A DNA stretch of 64,000 nt from Candidatus Levyibacteriota bacterium (GTDB taxonomy: Bacteria; Patescibacteriota; Microgenomatia; Levybacterales; UBA12049): NCBI GenBank assembly GCA_016186645.1, contig JACPLF010000007.1, positions 126,651-190,650 of the forward strand. Reading direction: 5' to 3'. The position numbers and the translations under genes were made by a program. Each line of letters opens with the position of its first letter. Position 1 is the stretch's first letter. The notes below the pieces were generated by a model, which saw only the letters and a list, made by a program, of their open reading frames with translations, was not told the origin of the DNA and ran no database searches. Below are positions 45,961 through 56,695 of the stretch, piece by piece.

Positions 45961-47034
45961 CTATTTCTCCTCAAAATTTGATTTAGGAAAATATTGATTT
46001 TCTTCTAGTTGATTTTCTTCAACAGTTTTAGTAGGTTTTTTGTGAGTTTTCCAACAGACAAAACCCATACCTCCCAATATAAAAATTGATATAAAAATAT
46101 AAGGCAAAAGTGTTATTTTTGAAATGCCTTCAATAAGAGTTTGCTTGGGAGGGTTAGAAGTTAAAGTTGGAGCGGAGGCCTTTGCAGATGCTGAGGCAGA
46201 TTGACTGATAGGCGTGGAGCGGACGAGCGAAGCGACGGAGCTCGCCTGCTTGACAGGCGTGGATATTAAAGTTAGAGTTGGAGTTGGGGTTTTTATCATC
46301 ACGCCTACTTTGGCAAAAAGTTCATTGGAATAATTCCCAGGAGCGCATCCATTGCCTGCCCTCACAACAAAATAATAAGTTTTTCCATCCACTAGCTTAT
46401 CAATCGTATATGAGGTTGTATTTGGTCCGCCAACATTCGGATTCCCATAAATATATTTTTTCGATTCAGTTCCGTAAGAAACAAGATAATAACTAACAGA
46501 TCCTGCGGCTTTTGTCCAAGTTAAGGTTATTTGACTTCCTGAACTGGAAACTGCAGATTTCAATACCGGTGCGGTGTCCGGTGCTTTGTCTTTGCAGGAA
46601 TCATCCGGCACTAAAGGGGAAGCAGTAAACTTGATCCAAACGCTGCCAAGAGTAACGGCTGGATTGCTGCTAACATCTGTAACAGTAAATGTATTTGTGC
46701 TTGGACTTAAGTTTTTTGATTTTACAGTAAAATCAACCTTTCCATTTGAATCTGTTGAGGCAGTGTGATTGCCTGCGCCAACAGCGCCATCATTAATAAT
46801 AAGTCCCGGGTCGCTTGTGCTTGTTAAAGTAATGTGGTCTCCTCCTAAACTATTTTTTTGCGCATCTTTTACGGTAACAGAAATAGTGGCAGTTGTTTTT
46901 CCATCCGCTGGTATAGAATCAGTGCTTTTTGTAATACTTGAGTTAACAGGATCCGCGTTATCTGCAAAAACAAAAGATGGAGAAATGTAGAAAAGGAAGA
47001 AAAGAACTAGAAGCAAGATTTTTATTTTTTGCAT
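45961..47034 (-). CDS. Surface protein: invasin-type Ig (Big_1) + FN3 domain, C-terminal TM
   Basis: Signal peptide; IPADGKTTATISVTVKDA..TDSNG; ITLTW..YTIDKLVDGKTYYFVVRAGNGC; TM near C-terminus. Confidence 0.8.
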   Translation of the reverse strand: MQKIKILLLVLFFLFYISPSFVFADNADPVNSSITKSTDSIPADGKTTATISVTVKDAQKNSLGGDHITLTSTSDPGLIINDGAVGAGNHTASTDSNGKVDFTVKSKNLSPSTNTFTVTDVSSNPAVTLGSVWIKFTASPLVPDDSCKDKAPDTAPVLKSAVSSSGSQITLTWTKAAGSVSYYLVSYGTESKKYIYGNPNVGGPNTTSYTIDKLVDGKTYYFVVRAGNGCAPGNYSNELFAKVGVMIKTPTPTLTLISTPVKQASSVASLVRSTPISQSASASAKASAPTLTSNPPKQTLIEGISKITLLPYIFISIFILGGMGFVCWKTHKKPTKTVEENQLEENQYFPKSNFEEK

Positions 47035-47127
47035 ACCTCTTTAGTATAGTATTTGCCTTGATAATTGTAAAAAGTTTAATTCCCACTCAAAGCTATGGAG
47101 AATTATTTAGCTTGACACCTTAAAGGC

Positions 47128-47413
47128 TTCGGCCGTGTCTTCGACTCTGAGGGATGAACCCTCAGGCTCAGACTCGAATGAGAGCTCAGCCGAATCGGTG
47201 GGATCGTATATCGTAACTACGAAATATAAAAAAAACTATTCTGGAAATTCCCCGCAAATGGCTTGGGTAATTGTTCCGTTGTCTAGACAACGGAACAAAT
47301 TAAAGTAAATCAACTATAGCCAATCTTCCCTCAAAGTCCTAAAACTTGCCAATTGGTCACCGCTTCTAAGCCTAAAAAAATGGACAAAATTTCCCGATCG
47401 GAGAAATTTGTCA
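47128..47413. repeat. Intergenic cluster of palindromes
   Basis: Nested ttcggc..gccgaa (47128-47194) with inner ctgaggg-atgaa-ccctcag; perfect 28-bp palindrome 47271-47298; imperfect gacaaaatttc-ccgatcgg-agaaatttgtc near 47383-47412. Confidence 0.8.
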
Positions 47414-47558
47414 AGAATCTAATGCTGGAAATTACCCACAAAAAAGAGTAAAATTGGGTTCAAATACTTGATGAAGAAGTGATTATTGACGTAGAAATGC
47501 CCAACATGTAAGAAAAGGGGGGTTGTTCACGAAGTCGAGAGTCTGATATAATTGGCTT

Positions 47559-47945
47559 GTGAAAACGATTAGGCAAACATATCGCGTACATTCTTCTCTT
47601 GCGGAAGTTTGGAAAGCTCTCACCGATCCAAAATACATTGACGCTTGGGGCGGGGGTCCTGCAAAAATGAATGATAAAGGTGGGACTAAATTTGAATTTT
47701 GGGGAGGAGATATTTTTGGAAAAAATATCGAAGCTGTTCCTTTGAGAAAAATAAAACAGGAATGGTTTGCCGGCAAATGGGACAAGCCTTCTATTGTTAC
47801 CCTTACTCTTACAAAAGAAAGCCACGCGGTAAATATTGAACTTTTACACACAGACATACCAGATAATGAAGCAAAAGATATTGGTGAGGGATGGAAAGAA
47901 TATTACTTAGGCCCTCTTAAAGAATATCTCGAAAATAAATCTTAG
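47559..47945 (+). CDS. SRPBCC/AHSA1-domain protein
   Basis: [41 protein letters not shown]. Confidence 0.88.
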   Translation: MKTIRQTYRVHSSLAEVWKALTDPKYIDAWGGGPAKMNDKGGTKFEFWGGDIFGKNIEAVPLRKIKQEWFAGKWDKPSIVTLTLTKESHAVNIELLHTDIPDNEAKDIGEGWKEYYLGPLKEYLENKS

Positions 47946-49081
47946 TCTCCAAGATAATCACGGAGTTTGTTTCCTCGGGATGGATGGCGAAGTTTTCTTA
48001 AAGCCTTTGCTTCGATTTGCCTAATACGTTCTCTAGTAACTGCAAACATGCGGCCCACCTCTTCCAAAGTTTTTGGCTTTCCATCCTTAAGACCAAAACG
48101 TTCTTCCAAAACTCTTCTTTCTCTATCAGATAAAGTGAGCAATACTCCTTCTACTTGTTCTTTCAAAAGCTCACGAGATGCGGAGTCAAAAAGAGTTGGT
48201 GCTGCAGCATCATGAATAAAATCTCCGAGTCTTGAATCATCTTCATCTCCGACAGGAGTTTCCAAAGAGGCCGGTTCCTGAGAAATTTTGATAATTTCCA
48301 AAGCCTTATCTGACTCAATCCCCAATACTTTTGCAACTTCTTCAGGCGTTGGTTCGCGTCCCAATTCCTGCATTAATTTTCTGGAAGTTCTAAGAAATCT
48401 ATTTATGTTCTCGACCATGTGGACGGGGATTCTAATAGTTCTTGCCTGATCGGCAATTGCACGAGTGATACTTTGTCTAATCCACCACGTGGCATAAGTT
48501 GAAAATTTAAAACCTCTTCTCCAGTCGTATTTCTCAACAGCTCTGATTAATCCCTGGTTTCCCTCCTGAATCAAATCCAATAAAGTCAAGCCTCGTCCTA
48601 CATATTTTTTCGCAATTGATACTACCAAACGAAGATTTGAAGTGGTAAGCATTTTTTTTGCAGCCTTGTCTCCCTTCTCAACCTTTTTGGCCAGTGTTAT
48701 TTCCTGATCAAATTTAAGAAGAGGAATTCTTCCAATTTCTTTAAGATACATCCTCACAGGATCTGAAACCGTACCCTCGGTCAATACAGTCAAAGCTTCA
48801 AGTTCTTTTTCCAATGCCTCCATTGGCTTGTTGTCTCCATCCTGATCTTTTACAACAGATTCAAAAACGTCAATATCTGATTCCAAAAGTCTGTTATACA
48901 GATGATCCAACTCAACTAAATGCTCTTCTGGCCTTGGGAAGATGGATAAAATTTCCTCCTGAGTGATATATCCTCTTTTTTTTGCAGACAAAACAATATC
49001 TGAGAGTATATCTGGTGCTTTTTCTTTATGATTCTTCATAATATCCTTTGAACCTCTATCCAGCACCTTTGAAAATCTCAA
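47942..49081 (-). CDS. rpoD: Primary sigma factor RpoD/SigA
   Basis: [61 protein letters not shown]; start may be downstream of 49081. Confidence 0.97.
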   Translation of the reverse strand: MRFSKVLDRGSKDIMKNHKEKAPDILSDIVLSAKKRGYITQEEILSIFPRPEEHLVELDHLYNRLLESDIDVFESVVKDQDGDNKPMEALEKELEALTVLTEGTVSDPVRMYLKEIGRIPLLKFDQEITLAKKVEKGDKAAKKMLTTSNLRLVVSIAKKYVGRGLTLLDLIQEGNQGLIRAVEKYDWRRGFKFSTYATWWIRQSITRAIADQARTIRIPVHMVENINRFLRTSRKLMQELGREPTPEEVAKVLGIESDKALEIIKISQEPASLETPVGDEDDSRLGDFIHDAAAPTLFDSASRELLKEQVEGVLLTLSDRERRVLEERFGLKDGKPKTLEEVGRMFAVTRERIRQIEAKALRKLRHPSRGNKLRDYLGD

Positions 49082-49136
49082 TTTACCAATGGATAAACAC
49101 TACCCATTAAAAGGTGCTGGATCTATTTTACCACAT

Positions 49137-50936
49137 TTAAGCTTTGGAGAGGAGGCTAATCGTTGAGGCTAGTTCTTTTTCTAAATCGCCCACTTTTTTA
49201 ACATCTGCATCCCTATCTCCTGTCTTAAGCTTTAAGGAAATTTTTTTTATTCTTTCTTTCAAAAATAACGTTCTTAATTCAGCTGCGACCTTTTCTGATT
49301 CTAAAATATATTTCTCCTCATCTTCAAATTTAGGTAAAGGAAATAGATACTGAGTGTCAAAAGCGGTTTCCAATTCTTTAGGGAGGACCTTTAAGAAAAT
49401 TTTGGGATTAAATGTATTACTAGACTTGAAATAGTCAACTAAAAAATTTATTATTTTTTCATATGAAACTGTCTTAAACTCATAATTTTTGAGAATTGCC
49501 AAGCATCTATCTAAAATTTTCTTGGCATTGCCATTCTGAAGAATCAGAGCCAATAAATAATCCTCCAAGACTTCTTTTCTCTCTTTTTTTTCTATTTTCG
49601 CCTCTTTGATTTCTTCCTTTATAACCTCTTTCTTTTCTATTTTTTCTACCTCTTTTGCAATAGCATCCAAAGATATATCAAGATCAAGACTTAATTTTTT
49701 TAGATAGTGCTCTTTTACTATTTCATTTGAGATCTTTGTAAAGATAGGCAACAACTCTTCGCTTATTTTTCTTTTTCCATAAATTTTATCTTTTTCAAAG
49801 GCAGAAAACGTTTTTGAAAAAATAAAATCATATATTGGAACATCTTTTTTGATAGCCTTTTTAAAAGATATAGGATCTTTTTTTATGGCTTCGTCAGCGT
49901 CTTTACTTTCTTCAAAAATACAAGTTGTTATATTCATTCCTTTTTTTTCTAAAACAAGCAAACTTCTTTTCGCAGCTTCATAACCAGCATCGTCTTTATC
50001 AAAACAAAGACAAATATTATTTGTAAATCGGCTAATGAGAGCAACTTGATTCTCAGTAAGAGCAGTTCCTTTTACCGCCACGACATTTTTAACGCCAATA
50101 CTAAAACAAGAAATAACGTCCAATTCTCCTTCTACAATAATTGCTTTGTCTAGTTTTTTTATTTCTTCTTTTGCAGTATTTAAACCAAAAAACATACTGC
50201 CTTTGTGATAAACGAGTGTATCTCGAGTGTTAATATACTTTCCGCCGCTGTATGGCTCCAGAATTGCACGTCCTGAGAATCCTACAACATTATCCCTATG
50301 ATCAAAAAGCGGAAACATTACTCTTCCTCTAAAAAAATCAAGCACGCCTGCTTGTCCTGAGCCTGTCGAAGGACCCCTTCCATAAAACGCTAATCCTGCT
50401 TCTATCAAATCTTCCTTTTTATATTTTTTCTTGTTGATTAGATAATTGGACAGATCAACGCCATCTTTTGGAGAAAATCCAATCATAAAAGTCTCGATGA
50501 GTCTTTCGTCTAACTTTCTTTCTTCTACTAAGTAACCGAGTGCTTTTTTCCCGGCTTTGTGTTTGGTTAAAACATAATGATAAAAATCCAGGGCGGCTTT
50601 ATTTATTTTATAAATCATTTCTTTTTTCCCGGAAACACCCGCCTGGAAATCTGATTGTCTAAGCTGTATCCCTGTTCTTTTTGCCAAAATCCTCAAGGCT
50701 TCAACAAATTCCAAATTCTCATACTCCATGAGAAATGTATATACGTCTCCGCCCTTGCTGCAGCCTCCAAAACAGTGCCAAATCTGGCGCTCAGGAGAAA
50801 CAACAAAAGACGGAGTTTTTTCGTTATGAAAAGGGCAAATTGCCTTAAAATTGCGGCCCATTTTCTTAAGAGGAATATATTCCGATATAAAAGAAACTAT
50901 ATCTATTCTTTCTCGTATTTGCGCAACCTCATCCAT
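49137..50936 (-). CDS. dnaG: DNA primase
   Basis: CPFHNEKTPSF..HCFGGC zinc finger, KYINT, VEGELD, DKDDAG, KDADE; ATG 50936 (MDEV). Confidence 0.97.
   Translation of the reverse strand: MDEVAQIRERIDIVSFISEYIPLKKMGRNFKAICPFHNEKTPSFVVSPERQIWHCFGGCSKGGDVYTFLMEYENLEFVEALRILAKRTGIQLRQSDFQAGVSGKKEMIYKINKAALDFYHYVLTKHKAGKKALGYLVEERKLDERLIETFMIGFSPKDGVDLSNYLINKKKYKKEDLIEAGLAFYGRGPSTGSGQAGVLDFFRGRVMFPLFDHRDNVVGFSGRAILEPYSGGKYINTRDTLVYHKGSMFFGLNTAKEEIKKLDKAIIVEGELDVISCFSIGVKNVVAVKGTALTENQVALISRFTNNICLCFDKDDAGYEAAKRSLLVLEKKGMNITTCIFEESKDADEAIKKDPISFKKAIKKDVPIYDFIFSKTFSAFEKDKIYGKRKISEELLPIFTKISNEIVKEHYLKKLSLDLDISLDAIAKEVEKIEKKEVIKEEIKEAKIEKKERKEVLEDYLLALILQNGNAKKILDRCLAILKNYEFKTVSYEKIINFLVDYFKSSNTFNPKIFLKVLPKELETAFDTQYLFPLPKFEDEEKYILESEKVAAELRTLFLKERIKKISLKLKTGDRDADVKKVGDLEKELASTISLLSKA
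50350..50373 (-). repeat. ccttcgRcaRgctcaggRcaa element in frame in dnaG
   Basis: Reverse complement tccttcgacaggctcaggacaagc; encodes PSTGSGQA just before VLDFFRGR. Confidence 0.85.
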
Positions 50937-51012
50937 CCCGTTAGAAAACCCTCCTTTCAAAGTTAATTTGTTGAATGTATGTCGACTCTTCTAATGTGTA
51001 TTTTCTAACGGG
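50937..51012. mobile_element. 76-bp MITE-like element at the dnaG start codon
   Basis: Terminal inverted repeats cccgttagaaaa / ttttctaacggg; flanked by direct repeat atccat (50931-50936 and 51013-51018), i.e. ATGGAT on the coding strand. Confidence 0.75.
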
Positions 51013-51172
51013 ATCCATAGTGCTCGTATTCTATACCCCTTCGCTTTCAAAATACAAGTAGTATAAGTGCCTAACGAAGCTTTGATTTTGAAAGCTACGG
51101 AGGTATATGCAATTTATAATCAAATCGTAGTGGCATATCACTTTAATGATTGATTTTTCTAGATTCCTTTAA

Positions 51173-52468
<1,296 letters not shown>

Positions 52469-52480
52469 TATAATATAATT

Positions 52481-53818
52481 ATGCCACTACCAGAAAGATA
52501 CGCCAGAGAAGTTCCTAAGATGGTTAAGATTTGGGAACCAGCAGGATATTTTGACGCTCAATCAAGAATTTGGTTAGCTCAAAGTGAAGCTCGACACGAA
52601 TTATATGGCAAACCCACAGCAGAACAATTAAAAGAAATTCGTGCTGCATTAGCATTAAATCCAGAAGATGTCGATGCTTTAAATGAAGCAAAAGGACATG
52701 AAACAAATAAATTACTTAGAAAAGTTCAGGGAAAACTTTCTCCAGAGGCGGGAAATTTTATTCATTTGGGAAATACAAGTAGTGACGTTCTGGATACAAG
52801 TCTTTCTTTACAAATAATTGAGTCTTTAGGGGTAATAAAGAGTGACTTCGATAAATTAGGAGAATCATTAGCATCTCTTGCTCTAAAACACAGAGGGACA
52901 TTGCAAGTAGCAAGAACACACACTCAACATGGAATTCCTCAAACTTTTGGTCGTCAAGTTCTTGGATGGTATGAAGAAGTACAAAGAGGAATTGAAAGAA
53001 CTGCTCGAGCAAAACAAACTATATCATTTGGAAAAACTTCCGGAGAAGTTGGAACTAATGTTTTTATTGAACCTGAAGTAGAAGAATTAGCCTTATCTAA
53101 ATTAGGACTCAAACCAGATTCTGCACCGACTCAAATCATAAGCCGAGACAGGCATGCTGAAGTTGTAGCTTTAATGGCAGTTAATGGTACGACTCTTGCT
53201 CGTATTGCAACAAATATACGTCTCTTAGGAAGTACAGATATAGGAGAAGTACGTGAGCCTTTCGATCCAGAAACTCAACAGGGATCAAGCGCAATGCCTC
53301 ATAAAAGAAATACAGAATTGACAGAAAGAGTTGTAGGATTAAATCGAAGAATAAGATCTACTGTTGGAGAAGAATTAGATGCAGCCATAACATGGCTTGA
53401 AAGAGACATAAGTCATTCATCAACTGAAAGATTAACTCTTCCTGATCTTTTTGGTTGTTTGTCTTATATAGCTAAATTAACGACATTTGTTACAGATGGA
53501 TTAGTAGTAAATGCAGATACAATGCTTAAAAATATGGACAAAACACATGGAAGTATTTATAGCTCCCGTTTATTAAATGCTTTATTAGAGACAGGACAGA
53601 TATCTCGAACAGAAGCTTATGAATTGGTAAAAGGACTTTCTCAAACAGCAATGGATACAGAAACTCCATTACTCAAACTTGCATCGGATAATCCGACAAT
53701 TGCAAAGCTTTTAAAACCAGACCAGCTTCCTGAACTTTTTGATCCAGGTTTCTATCTTAGAAATATTGATGTTGCTTTCAAAAGAGCAGGATTAATTTTC
53801 TCCAAAGATAAAAAGTAG
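52481..53818 (+). CDS. purB: Adenylosuccinate lyase
   Basis: FIHLGNTSSDVLDT, RTHTQH, TQIISRD, GSSAMPHKRN, ERDISHSS. Confidence 0.93.
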   Translation: MPLPERYAREVPKMVKIWEPAGYFDAQSRIWLAQSEARHELYGKPTAEQLKEIRAALALNPEDVDALNEAKGHETNKLLRKVQGKLSPEAGNFIHLGNTSSDVLDTSLSLQIIESLGVIKSDFDKLGESLASLALKHRGTLQVARTHTQHGIPQTFGRQVLGWYEEVQRGIERTARAKQTISFGKTSGEVGTNVFIEPEVEELALSKLGLKPDSAPTQIISRDRHAEVVALMAVNGTTLARIATNIRLLGSTDIGEVREPFDPETQQGSSAMPHKRNTELTERVVGLNRRIRSTVGEELDAAITWLERDISHSSTERLTLPDLFGCLSYIAKLTTFVTDGLVVNADTMLKNMDKTHGSIYSSRLLNALLETGQISRTEAYELVKGLSQTAMDTETPLLKLASDNPTIAKLLKPDQLPELFDPGFYLRNIDVAFKRAGLIFSKDKK

Positions 53819-53830
53819 TATTGTCGTTCA

Positions 53831-53861
53831 ATTTTTCACTTTTCATTTTTCATTTTTAGTT
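53831..53861. repeat. Intergenic 7-mer array between convergent purB and guaA
   Basis: atttttc acttttc atttttc attttta gtt. Confidence 0.6.
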
Positions 53862-53865
53862 TATG

Positions 53866-55446
53866 TCATTCCCATTCCATTGTTGCTGGAGGCTTGGTAG
53901 TAATGTCGTAGACAACTCTTGAGACGCCTGGAACTTCGTTAACTATTCTTGAAGAAATTTTCTGTAAAAGATCATAGGGGAGCCGGGCCCAAGTTGTAGT
54001 CATAAGATCTTTTGACTCAATCACCCGAAGAGCTACAACCTCTCCAAACTGCCTCCCATCTCCTTTAACTGCAGTTGAATATGCATCTGTCATAACCGGA
54101 AAAGACATGAAGATATTTGGAATTCCCGATTTTTCAAGCTCTGAAAGAACAATCTCATCTGCCATTTTCTCCATTTCCAATCTTTCTTTTGTAACTTCCC
54201 CTCTAATTCTGACTGCGTATCCCGGACCGGGAAAAGTCTGCTTGCTAACAAATTCCTCAGGCAGTCCTAATTTTCTTCCAATTTTTCTCACTTCATCTTT
54301 ATAAAAATCCCGCATTGGTTCCAAAAGTTTTAATTTCATTTTTTTTGGCAATCCGCCAACATTGTGATGTGACTTAATTTTAGCCGAATGTTTTGTGCCT
54401 TGAGATTCTATAACATCCGAATAAATCGTGCCTTGAAGAAGAAACTTTACAGGTATTTTTTTCTTTAACAATTTTCTCCTAACACTTTCAAAAATCTCTA
54501 TGTAAAAATTGCCAATAATTTTTCTTTTCTTCTCGCTATCTGTAATTTTTTTAAGGCGGGACATGGTCTCCCCTGTCACATTTACTACTACAGGCTTAAT
54601 GCCAATTTTCTTAAATATTTTTATTACATGCTCCTCTGTTCCCTTCCTCATTAATCCATTGTCAATAAAAACAGGGACAAATCTTTTCCCTATCGCTTTT
54701 GCTGTTAAAGTCGCAGCAACTGTAGAATCAACTCCTCCCGATACTGCTCCGATTACATAACTCTCCCCGACAGTTTTTTGAATTTCTGAAATTATCCTCT
54801 CTGTCATTCTGGGGAACGAAGTGACTCCAGAATCGATTCTGGACAAGCCAGAATGACAAATACCAATAAAGTTTTCCAAGATTTGTAAGCCAAATTGCGT
54901 GTGTTCCACTTCCGGATGAAATTGAAGCCCGTATATTTTTTTATACTTGTTTTCAACAAATGCAAAAGGAACCCCAACGGACGAACCTACTGTTTGAAAA
55001 CCTTTAGGCAATCTAACCACCTCATCTCCATGACTCATCCAGACAATAAATTGCCGCGGCAATTTAGATGAGAATTGAGAAATGAGAGATGGGAAATTTT
55101 TATTTCTCATTTCTGACCTCTCATCTTTCATTTCCAGTGTCGTTGGTCCATATTCTTTTTTTCCTGCAATAACTCTTCCGCCTAATAAATGTGCTGTTAA
55201 TTGCAAACCATAACAAATTCCCAAAATTGGAATTTTCAAACTAAAGATCTTCACGTCGATAGTTGGTGCGCCTTTTTCGTAAACAGAAGATGGGCCTCCA
55301 GACAAAACTATTCCTTGGGGTTTCTTCTTTTTTATTTTTTCAAGGGCATCATCCGGATTAGCTATTAATACCTGTACACCAATTTCTTTAAGACGGCGTG
55401 CAATAAGATGTGTCGTCTGAGACCCAAAATCAACAATTATAATCAT
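53866..55446 (-). CDS. guaA: GMP synthase (glutamine-hydrolysing)
   Basis: DFGSQ, GICYG, QFHPEV, SGGVDS, IKSHHNVGGLP, KPPATMEWE. Confidence 0.97.
   Translation of the reverse strand: MIIIVDFGSQTTHLIARRLKEIGVQVLIANPDDALEKIKKKKPQGIVLSGGPSSVYEKGAPTIDVKIFSLKIPILGICYGLQLTAHLLGGRVIAGKKEYGPTTLEMKDERSEMRNKNFPSLISQFSSKLPRQFIVWMSHGDEVVRLPKGFQTVGSSVGVPFAFVENKYKKIYGLQFHPEVEHTQFGLQILENFIGICHSGLSRIDSGVTSFPRMTERIISEIQKTVGESYVIGAVSGGVDSTVAATLTAKAIGKRFVPVFIDNGLMRKGTEEHVIKIFKKIGIKPVVVNVTGETMSRLKKITDSEKKRKIIGNFYIEIFESVRRKLLKKKIPVKFLLQGTIYSDVIESQGTKHSAKIKSHHNVGGLPKKMKLKLLEPMRDFYKDEVRKIGRKLGLPEEFVSKQTFPGPGYAVRIRGEVTKERLEMEKMADEIVLSELEKSGIPNIFMSFPVMTDAYSTAVKGDGRQFGEVVALRVIESKDLMTTTWARLPYDLLQKISSRIVNEVPGVSRVVYDITTKPPATMEWE
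54802..54858. repeat. GTCA...TGAC palindromic element in frame in guaA (57 bp)
   Basis: tgtcattctggggaacgaagtgactccagaatcgattctggacaagccagaatgaca; encodes CHSGLSRIDSGVTSFPRMT at the GATase/ATPPase junction. Confidence 0.9.
55066..55134. repeat. Inverted pair of 7-mer arrays in frame in guaA
   Basis: agatgag aattgag aaatgag agatggg aaat / atttctc atttctg acctctc atctttc atttc; encodes EMKDERSEMRNKNFPSLISQFSS. Confidence 0.85.
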
Positions 55447-56621
55447 GAATAGCTTTTCCCCGGATTGGTAACAAAAATATCATGAGGATGACTTTCTGTT
55501 AATGATGCCTGAGTAATTTTGATAAATTTTGCTTTTTTCCACAGTTCCCTTATATTTTTTGCTCCAATATAGTACATCCCTGATTTTATTCCGCCAATTG
55601 CCTGGCCAACCAAATCTTTAACAGATCCCCTTATTGGCACGAGTCCTTCCACTCCTTCTGCAATCAGCACTCTATCTTTGTAATTTTTTCCATGGAATTC
55701 ATCTTCTGATTTTATCAAAGCTCCTTTTTTCATCGCTCCCTCTGACCCCATTCCCCTATATTCTTTGAATTGATAATGTTTTTTTATATTAGAAATTCTT
55801 TGAAACCGAGAGGGAATTTCATTTCGACCAAATGTTACAACTTTTCCCGGAGATTCGAGAGATTGAGCAAAATAACTCCCCATCATAACCGTTGAAGCGC
55901 CGGCAGCCAAAGCCTTCACCATGTCACCTGAATATTTGATTCCTCCATCTGCAATAACCGGAACCCCGAGTTTTTTTGCAATTCTTACACTTTCTAGTAT
56001 TGCTGTTATTTGCGGCACTCCCATTCCGGAAATTATTCTTGTTGTGCAAATCGCTCCGGGCCCCATCCCTACCCGCAGCCCATCCGCTCCAGCTTTGATC
56101 AGTGCTCTTGCTCCATCCGCAGTTGCGATATTGCCTGCAATAACATCGATATTTTTGTAATTTTTTTTGATAAATTTTACAGCGTCTATTACTCCTTTGG
56201 AAAATCCGTGAGCAGAATCAACAACAACTACATCCGCTTCCCCATTTGCCAGAGCTTTTATTCTTTCTTCAAATCCTTTGCTCGCTCCAACTGCCCCACC
56301 AACGAGCAGAGCTCGCCCTGAGGCGGGCGTTTGGGTTTTTTTCACCTTTTTAACTTCAGACGCTTGATTTTCTACAGACAAATTTCTATGAATAATTCCA
56401 ATTCCGCCTAATTTTGCCAGTTCAATTGCAAGTTCAGACTCGGTAACCGTATCCATTGGGGCTGAAACAAGAGGAATAGAAATTTTTATTCTTTTTGTTA
56501 ATTGAGTTGATAAATTTATGTCCTTACGAAGAAAATCACTATAGCCGGGAAGAAGAAGAACATCGTCAAAAGTCAATCCAAATTTAAAGTTTGCCCTGAG
56601 CTTGCCGAAGGGTGGCTCCAT
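55443..56621 (-). CDS. guaB: IMP dehydrogenase lacking the CBS subdomain
   Basis: [57 protein letters not shown]. Confidence 0.96.
   Translation of the reverse strand: MEPPFGKLRANFKFGLTFDDVLLLPGYSDFLRKDINLSTQLTKRIKISIPLVSAPMDTVTESELAIELAKLGGIGIIHRNLSVENQASEVKKVKKTQTPASGRALLVGGAVGASKGFEERIKALANGEADVVVVDSAHGFSKGVIDAVKFIKKNYKNIDVIAGNIATADGARALIKAGADGLRVGMGPGAICTTRIISGMGVPQITAILESVRIAKKLGVPVIADGGIKYSGDMVKALAAGASTVMMGSYFAQSLESPGKVVTFGRNEIPSRFQRISNIKKHYQFKEYRGMGSEGAMKKGALIKSEDEFHGKNYKDRVLIAEGVEGLVPIRGSVKDLVGQAIGGIKSGMYYIGAKNIRELWKKAKFIKITQASLTESHPHDIFVTNPGKSYS
56311..56328. repeat. 18-bp GC hairpin in frame in guaB at the CBS-deletion junction
   Basis: gctcgcc-ctga-ggcgggc; encodes part of TPASGRA. 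Confidence 0.55.
56591..56612 (-). repeat. ccttcgRcaRgctcaggRcaa element at the guaB N-terminus
   Basis: Reverse complement cccttcggcaagctcagggcaa; read in another frame as PFGKLRA. Confidence 0.8.
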
Positions 56622-56695
56622 AATTCACTTTACACCATTTGCCCCTTCTCGTCAATCCATTGCTTAAATTATAATCCTGTAGTAAAATAGTCGCC

